A stretch of 64,000 nucleotides of DNA. Origin: Auanema rhodensis (lineage: Eukaryota; Animalia; Nematoda). This document shows positions 55,731 to 64,000 of this stretch, piece after piece; the first letter of the stretch is position 1, and the number at the start of each line of letters is the position of its first letter. The DNA lies in assembly GCA_964057225.1 (NCBI GenBank), contig OZ059899.1, positions 18,538,001 to 18,602,000 of the forward strand. The letters run 5' to 3'. Under the pieces are notes generated by a model. That model saw nothing but the letters and a program-made list of their open reading frames with translations. It was not told where the DNA came from and searched no databases. A program made the translations under genes and the position numbers.

Positions 55731-58700
55731 TTGAAAAAAGATGCATTAGTGTATGTTGAGTTTCCATGTATACTCAACATTGCTTCCAAAAACATTTTGA
55801 CAAAAATTTTTCCGAAAAATTTCAAAATAATTTCGCAAAAAGGAGATGTTTTTAGATTCCTTTTTTCAAGGCAAAGACGATGGACAAAGTTATTCAACGA
55901 AAAAATTAATTCTGCAGGGTGAAAATCGAGGATATAAGTGTGAACTTATATCAGTTGATATCTCGGTGCATTTTTAAGCTAGGGCAAATCTGATAACACA
56001 GATCGACGCAGCTTAAAAATCCGCTTCGAATGCACTATACAACAGTAAGAAACGCTTAATACAAAAATTAGTTATGATCGTTTGAAAAATGATGCATTAG
56101 TGTATGTTGAGTTTCCATGTACACTCAACATTGCTTTCAAAAACATTTTGACAAAAATTTTTCCGAAAAATTTCAAAATAATTTTGCAAAAAGTAGATGT
56201 TTTTAGATTCCTTTTTTCAAGGCAAAGACGATGGACAATGTTATTCAACGAAAAAATTAATTCTGCAGGGTGAAAATCGAGGATATAAGTGTGAACTTAT
56301 ATCAGTTGATATCTCGGTGCATTTTTAAGCTAGCGCAAATCTGATAACACAGATCGACGCAGCTTAAAAATCCGCATCGAATGCACTATACAACAGTGAG
56401 AAACGCTTAATACAAAAATTAGTTATGATCGTTTGAAAAATGATGCATTAGTGTATGTTGAGTTTCCATGTACACTCAACATTGCTTTCAAAAACATTTT
56501 GACAAAAATTTTTCCGAAAAATTTCAAAATAATTTTGCAAAAAGTAGATGTTTTTAGATTCCTTTTTTCAAGGCAAAGACGATGGACAATGTTATTCAAC
56601 AAAAAAATTAATTCTCCAGGGTGAAAATCGAGGATGTAAGTGTGAACTTATATCAGTTGATATCTCGGTGCATTTTTAAGCTAGCGCAAATCTGATAACA
56701 CAGATCGACGCAGCTTAAAATTCCGCATCGAATGCACTATACAACATTGAGAAACGCTTAATACAAAAATTAGTTATGATCGTTTGAAAAATGATGCATT
56801 AGTGTATGTTGAGTTTCCATGTACACTCAACATTGCTTCCAAAAACATTTTTACAAAAATTTTTCCGGAAAATTTCGAAACAATTTCGCAAAAAGTAGAT
56901 GTTTTTAGATTCCTTTTTTCAAGGCAAAGACGATGGACAATGTTATTCAACGAAAAAATTAATTCTGCAGGGTGAAAATCGAGGATATAAGTGTGAACTT
57001 ATATCAGTTGATATCTCGGTGCATTTTTAAGCTAGCGCAAATCTGATAACACAGATCGACGCAGCTTAAAAATCCGCATCGAATGCACTATACTACATTG
57101 AAAAACGCTTAATACAAAAATTAGTTATGATCGTTTGAAAAAAGATGCATTAGTGTATGTTGAGTTTCCATGTATACTCAACATTGCTTCCAAAAACATT
57201 TTGACAAAAATTTTTCCGAAAAATTTCAAAATAATTTCGCAAAAAGGAGATGTTTTTAGATTCCTTTTTTCAAGGCAAAGACGATGGACAAAGTTATTCA
57301 ACGAAAAAATTAATTCTGCAGGGTGAAAATCGAGGATATAAGTGTGAACTTATATCAGTTGATATCTCGGTGCATTTTTAAGCTAGGGCAAATCTGATAA
57401 CACAGATCGACGCAGCTTAAAAATCCGCATCGAATGCACTATACAACAGTGAGAAACGCTTAATACAAAAATTAGTTATGATCGTTTGAAAAATGATGCA
57501 TTAGTGTATGTTGAGTTTCCATGTACACTCAACATTGCTTTCAAAAACATTTTGACAAAAATTTTTCCGAAAAATTTCAAAATAATTTTGCAAAAAGTAG
57601 ATGTTTTTAGATTCCTTTTTTCAAGGCAAAGACGATGGACAATGTTATTCAACGAAAAAATTAATTCTGCAGGGTGAAAATCGAGGATATAAGTGTGAAC
57701 TTATATCAGTTGATATCTCGGTGCATTTTTAAGCTAGCGCAAATCTGATAACACAGATCGACGCAGCTTAAAAATCCGCATCGAATGCACTATACAACAG
57801 TGAGAAACGCTTAATACAAAAATTAGTTATGATCGTTTGAAAAATGATGCATTAGTGTATGTTGAGTTTCCATGTACACTCAACATTGCTTTCAAAAACA
57901 TTTTGACAAAAATTTTTCCGAAAAATTTCAAAATAATTTTGCAAAAAGTAGATGTTTTTAGATTCCTTTTTTCAAGGCAAAGACGATGGACAATGTTATT
58001 CAACAAAAAAATTAATTCTCCAGGGTGAAAATCGAGGATGTAAGTGTGAACTTATATCAGTTGATATCTCGGTGCATTTTTAAGCTAGCGCAAATCTGAT
58101 AACACAGATCGACGCAGCTTAAAATTCCGCATCGAATGCACTATACAACATTGAGAAACGCTTAATACAAAAATTAGTTATGATCGTTTGAAAAATGATG
58201 CATTAGTGTATGTTGAGTTTCCATGTACACTCAACATTGCTTCCAAAAACATTTTTACAAAAATTTTTCCGGAAAATTTCGAAACAATTTCGCAAAAAGT
58301 AGATGTTTTTAGATTCCTTTTTTCAAGGCAAAGACGATGGACAATGTTATTCAACGAAAAAATTAATTCTGCAGGGTGAAAATCGAGGATATAAGTGTGA
58401 ACTTATATCAGTTGATATCTCGGTGCATTTTTAAGCTAGCGCAAATCTGATAACACAGATCGACGCAGCTTAAAAATCCGCATCGAATGCACTATACTAC
58501 ATTGAAAAACGCTTAATACAAAAATTAGTTATGATCGTTTGAAAAAAGATGCATTAGTGTATGTTGAGTTTCCATGTATACTCAACATTGCTTCCAAAAA
58601 CATTTTGACAAAAATTTTTCCGAAAAATTTCAAAATAATTTCGCAAAAAGGAGATGTTTTTAGATTCCTTTTTTCAAGGCAAAGACGATGGACAAAGTTA

Positions 58701-58800
58701 TTCAACGAAAAAATTAATTCTGCAGGGTGAAAATCGAGGATATAAGTGTGAACTTATATCAGTTGATATCTCGGTGCATTTTTAAGCTAGCGCAAATCTG
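55731..58800. repeat. Local 4-mer higher-order repeat (1404 bp), about 2.2 copies
   Basis: The private variant TAGGGCAAAT occurs at 55983 and 57387. The monomer series repeats at 55731, 57135 and 58539. Confidence 0.9.
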
Positions 58801-60996
58801 ATAAAACAGATCGACGCAGCTTAAAAATCCGCATCGAATGCACTATACAACATTGAGAAACGCTTAATACAAAAATTAGTTATGATCGTTTGAAAAATGA
58901 TGCATTAGTGTATGTTGAGTTTCCATGTACACTCAACATTGCTTCCAAAAACATTTTGACAAAAATTTTTCCGAAAAATTTCAAAATAATTTCGCAAAAA
59001 GTAGATGTTTTTAGATTCCTTTTTTCAAGGCAAAGACGATGGACATTGTTATTCAACGAAAAAATTAATTCTGCAGGGTGAAAATCGAGGATATAAGTGT
59101 GAACTTATATCAGTTGATATCTCGGTGCATTTTTAAGCTAGCGCAAATCTGATAAAACAGATCGACGCAGCTTAAAAATCCGCATCGAATGCACTATACA
59201 ACATTGAGAAACGCTTAATACAAAAATTAGTTATGATCGTTTGAAAAAAGATGCATTAGTGTATGTTGAGTTTCCATGTATACTCAACATTGCTTCCAAA
59301 AACATTTTGACAAAAATTTTTCCGAAAAATTTCAAAATAATTTCGCAAAAAGTAGATGTTTTTAGATTCCTTTTTTTCAAGGCAAAGACGATGGACAAAG
59401 TTATTCAACGAAAAAATTAATTCTGCAGGGTGAAAATCGAGGATATAAGTGTGAACTTATATCAGTTGATATCTCGGTGCATTTTTAAGCTAGCGCAAAT
59501 CTGATAACACAGATCGACGCAGCTTAAAAATCCGCATCGAATGCACTATACTACATTGAGAAACGCTTAATACAAAAATTAGTTATGATCGTTTGAAAAA
59601 TGATGCATTAGTGTATGTTGAGTTTCCATGTACACTCAACATTGCTTCCAAAAACATTTTGACAAAAATTTTTCCGAAAAATTTCAAAATAATTTCGCAA
59701 AAAGTAGATGTTTTTAGATTCCTTTTTTTAAGGCAAAGACGATGGACATTGTTATTCAACGAAAAAATTAATTCTGCAGGGTGAAAATCGAGGATATAAG
59801 TGTGAACTTATATCAGTTGATATCTCGGTGCATTTTTAAGCTAGCGCAAATCTGATAAAACAGATCGACGCAGCTTAAAAATCCGCATCGAATGCACTAT
59901 ACAACATTGAGAAACGCTTAATACAAAAATTAGTTATGATCGTTTGAAAAATGATGCATTAGTGTATGTTGAGTTTCCATGTACACTCAACATTGCTTCC
60001 AAAAACATTTTGACAAAAATTTTTCCGAAAAATTTCAAAATAATTTCCCAAAAAGTAGATGTTTTTAGATTCCTTTTTTCAAGGCAAAGACGATGGACAA
60101 AGTTATTCAACGAAAAAATTAATTCTGCAGGGTGAAAATCGAGGATATAAGTGTGAACTTATATCAGTTGATATCTCGGTGCATTTTTAAGCTAGCGCAA
60201 ATCTGATAACACAGATCGACGCAGCTTAAAAATCCGCATCGAATGCACTATACTACATTGAAAAAAGCTTAATACAAAAATTAGTTATGATCGTTTGAAA
60301 AAAGATGCATTAGTGTATGTTGAGTTTCCATGTATACTCAACATTGCTTCCAAAAACATTTTGACAAAAATTTTTCCGAAAAATTTCAAAATAATTTCGC
60401 AAAAAGTAGATGTTTTTAGATTCCTTTTTTCAAGGCAAAGACGATGGACAATGTTATTCAACGAAAAAATTAATTCTCCAGGGTGAAAATCGAGGATATA
60501 AGTGTGAACTTATATCAGTTGATATCTCGGTGCATTTTTAAGCTAGCGCAAATCTGATAACACAGATCGACGCAGCTTAAAAATCCGCATCGAATGCACT
60601 ATACAACATTGAGAAACGCTTAATACAAAAATTAGTTATGATCGTTTGAAAAATGATGCATTAGTGTATGTTGAGTTTCCATGTACACTCAACATTGCTT
60701 TCAAAAACATTTTGACAAAAATTTTTCCGAAAAATTTCAAAATAATTTCCCAAAAAGTAAATGTTTTTAGATTCCTTTTTTCAAGGCAAAGACGATGGAC
60801 AAAGTTATTCAACGAAAAAATTAATTCTGCAGGGTGAAAATCGAGGATATAAGTGTGAACTTATATCAGTTGATATCTCGGTGCATTTTTAAGCTAGCGC
60901 AAATCTGATAACACAGATCGACGCAGCTTAAAAATCCGCATCGAATGCACTATACTACATTGAGAAACGCTTAATACAAAAATTAGTTATGATCGT

Positions 60997-61290
60997 TTGA
61001 AAAATGATGCATTAGTGTATGTTGAGTTTCCATGTACACTCAACATTGCTTCCAAAAACATTTTGACAAAAATTTTTTCGAAAAATTTCAGAATATTTTA
61101 GCAAAAAATAGTTGTTTTTAGATTCCTTTTCTCAAGGCAAAGACGATGGACAATGTTATTCAACGAAAAAATTAATTCTGCAGGGCGAAAATCGAGGATA
61201 TAAGTGTAAACTTATATCAGTTGATATCTCGGTGCATTTTTAAGCTAGCGCAAATCTTAAACGCTTAATACAAAAATTAGTTATGATCGT
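60997..61290. repeat. Truncated monomer (294 bp; junction at about 61257)
   Basis: 60646 to 61291 is 645 bp = 351+294. Confidence 0.95.
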
Positions 61291-61641
61291 TTGAAAAATG
61301 ATGCATTAGTGTATGTTGAGTTTCCATGTACACTCAACATTGCTTCCAAAAACATTTTGACAAAAATTTTTCCGAAAAATTTCAAAATAATTTCGCAAAA
61401 AGTAGATGTTTTTAGATTCCTTTTTTCAAGGCAAAGACGATGGACATTGTTATTCAACGAAAAAATTAATTCTGCAGGGTGAAAATCGAGGATATAAGTG
61501 TGAACTTATATCAGTTGATATCTCGGTGCATTTTTAAGCTAGCGCAAATCTGATAACACAGATCGACGCAGCTTAAAAATCCGCATCGAATGCACTATAC
61601 AACATTGAGAAACGCTTAATACAAAAATTAGTTATGATCGT

Positions 61642-61934
61642 TTGAAAAATGATGCATTAGTGTATGTTGAGTTTCCATGTACACTCAACATTGCTTCCAA
61701 AAACATTTTGACAAAATTTTTCCGAAAAATTTCAAAATAATTTTGCAAAAAGTAGATGTTTTTAGATTCCTTTTTTCAAGGCAAAGACGATGGACAATGT
61801 TATTCAACGAAAGAATTAATTCTCCAGGGTGAAAATCGAGGATGTAAGTGTGAACTTATATCAGTTGATATCTCGGTGCATTTTTAAGCTAGCGCAAATC
61901 TTAAACGCTTAATACAAAAATTAGTTATGATCGT
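61642..61934. repeat. Truncated monomer (293 bp; junction at about 61901)
   Basis: 61291 to 61935 is 644 bp = 351+293. Confidence 0.95.
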
Positions 61935-64000
61935 TTGAAAAATGATGCATTAGTGTATGTTGAGTTTCCATGTACACTCAACATTGCTTCCAAAAACATT
62001 TTGACAAAAATTTTTCCGAAAAATTTCAAAATAATTTCGCAAAAAGGAGATGTTTTTAGATTCCTTTTCTCAAGGCAAAGACGATGGACAAAGTTATTCA
62101 ACGAAAAAATTAATTCTGCAGGGTGAAAATCGAGGATATAAGTGTGAACTTATATCAGTTGATATCTCGGTGCATTTTTAAGCTAGCGCAAATCTGATAA
62201 CACAGATCGACGCAGCTTAAAAATCCGCATCGAATGCACTATACAACATTGAGAAACGCTTAATACAAAAATTAGTTAAGATCGTTTGAAAAAAGATGCA
62301 TTAGTGTATGTTGAGTTTCCATGTACACTCAACATTGCTTCCAAAAACATTTTGACAAAAATTTTTCCAAAAAATTTCAAAATAATTTCGCAAAAAGTAA
62401 ATGTTTTTAGATTCCGTTTTTCAAGGCAAAGACGATACACAATGTTATTCAACAAAAAAATTAATTCTGCAGAATGAAAATCGAGGATATAAGTGTGAAC
62501 TTATATCAGTTGATATCTCGGTGCATTTTTAAGCTAGCGCAAATCTGATAACACAGATCGACGCAGCTTAAAAATCCGCATCGAATGCACTATACAACAT
62601 TGAGAAACGCTTAATACAAAAATTAGTTATGATCGTTTGAAAAATGATGCATTAGTGTATGTTGAGTTTCCATGTACACTCAACATTGCTTCCAAAAACA
62701 TTTTGACAAAATTTTTCCGAAAAATTTCAAAATAATTTTGCAAAAAGTAGATGTTTTTAGATTCCTTTTTTCAAGGCAAAGACGATGGACAATGTTATTC
62801 AACGAAAGAATTAATTCTCCAGGGTGAAAATCGAGGATGTAAGTGTGAACTTATATCAGTTGATATCTCGGTGCATTTTTAAGCTAGCGCAAATCTGATA
62901 ACACAGATCGACGCAGCTTAAAAATCCGCATCGAATGCACTATACAACATTGAGAAACGCTTAATACAAAAATTAGTTATGATCGTTTGAAAAATGATGC
63001 ATTAGTGTATGTTGAGTTTCCATGTACACTCAACATTGCTTCCAAAAACATTTTGACAAAAATTTTTCCGAAAAATTTCAAAATAATTTCGCAAAAAGGA
63101 GATGTTTTTAGATTCCTTTTTTCAAGGCAAAGACGATGGACAAAGTTATTCAACGAAAAAATTAATTCTGCAGGGTGAAAATCGAGGATATAAGTGTGAA
63201 CTTATATCAGTTGATATCTCGGTGCATTTTTAAGCTAGCGCAAATCTGATAACACAGATCGACGCAGCTTAAAAATCCGCAGCGAATGCACTATACAACA
63301 GTGAGAAACGCTTAATACAAAAATTAGTTATGATCGTTTGAAAAATGATGCATTAGTGTATGTTGAGTTTCCATGTACACTCAACATTGCTTTCAAAAAC
63401 ATTTTGACAAAAATTTTTCCGAAAAATTTCAAAATAATTTTGCAAAAAGTAGATGTTTTTAGATTCCTTTTTTCAAGGCAAAGACGATGGACAATGTTAT
63501 TCAACGAAAAAATTAATTCTGCAGGGTGAAAATCGAGGATATAAGTGTGAACTTATATCAGTTGATATCTCGGTGCATTTTTAAGCTAGCGCAAATCTGA
63601 TAACACAGATCGACGCAGCTTAAAAATCCGCATCGAATGCACTATACAACAGTGAGAAACGCTTAATACAAAAATTAGTTATGATCGTTTGAAAAATGAT
63701 GCATTAGTGTATGTTGAGTTTCCATGTACACTCAACATTGCTTTCAAAAACATTTTGACAAAAATTTTTCCGAAAAATTTCAAAATAATTTTGCAAAAAG
63801 TAGATGTTTTTAGATTCCTTTTTTCAAGGCAAAGACGATGGACAATGTTATTCAACAAAAAAATTAATTCTCCAGGGTGAAAATCGAGGATGTAAGTGTG
63901 AACTTATATCAGTTGATATCTCGGTGCATTTTTAAGCTAGCGCAAATCTGATAACACAGATCGACGCAGCTTAAAATTCCGCATCGAATGCACTATACAA

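Larger units (their letters stand above)
32760..58889. repeat. Domain built from a degenerate 8-mer higher-order repeat (2806 bp) with monomer dropouts and local re-duplications
   Basis: The same order of eight haplotypes is seen at 32760-35565. The offset 2806 links 32760/35566 and 45676/48482. The ACAAAAGTT marker occurs at 34498, 47063 and 52559. Confidence 0.85.
1..64000. repeat. Tandem satellite DNA array, 351-bp monomer, about 183 copies, single orientation, running off both window ends
   Basis: The same motifs (e.g. GATGCATTAGTGTATGTTGAGTTTCCATGTA, GAACTTATATCAGTTG) recur throughout. ORF-track starts are spaced 351 apart (181, 532, 883...), and every larger gap is explained by units of 351, 350, 352, 294 or 293 bp. 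Confidence 0.99.

Noticed and set aside
181-63880. 135 copies of a 63-aa + strand ORF (MKKDALVYVEF...) as a tandem gene family or diversified peptide cassette array
   Set aside because: It starts at TTG and I recognise no domain. The K/F/I/N-rich composition mirrors the A/T tracts, and most visible variants change amino acids. About a quarter of monomers carry a TAG stop or a frameshift and were amplified just as freely.
1-64000. CRISPR array or integron-like cassette array
   Set aside because: There are no unique spacers or cassettes, because the whole unit repeats. No cas or integrase gene is present.
1-64000. Assignment to a named ~350-360-bp satellite (Drosophila 1.688 family, tenebrionid beetle satellites), or to a 5S rRNA, tRNA or spliced-leader gene array
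   Set aside because: Only the length and AT content are similar. I recognise no sequence match or RNA gene motif, and BLASTN, Dfam and Rfam searches would be needed.
1-64000. Long repeat-protein gene, since 351 is divisible by 3
   Set aside because: No reading frame stays open across monomers, and the 350-, 352- and 293-bp units break frame.

Overview
The whole window is one uninterrupted head-to-tail tandem satellite array: about 183 copies of a 351-bp monomer (about 32% GC by hand count), all in the same orientation. It contains no unique DNA, no credible gene, no RNA gene and no inserted element. The repeated 63-aa ORF is a by-product of the repeat: it starts at TTG, and about a quarter of monomers lose it through a stop or frameshift. 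Three kinds of structure stand out. (1) Each monomer is a chain of dyad symmetries arranged as two half-units 175/176 bp apart, each with a 9-bp perfect inverted repeat followed about 54 bp later by a larger one. (2) Monomer haplotypes form local higher-order repeats (2-, 3-, 4-, 6-, 8- and 11-mers) and domains, including a block that recurs about 36 kb away. (3) An identical net 57-bp deletion occurs six times on three different haplotype backgrounds, and several monomers are recombinant. The picture fits eukaryotic (peri)centromeric or heterochromatic satellite DNA, but I cannot name the family or the organism from the sequence.
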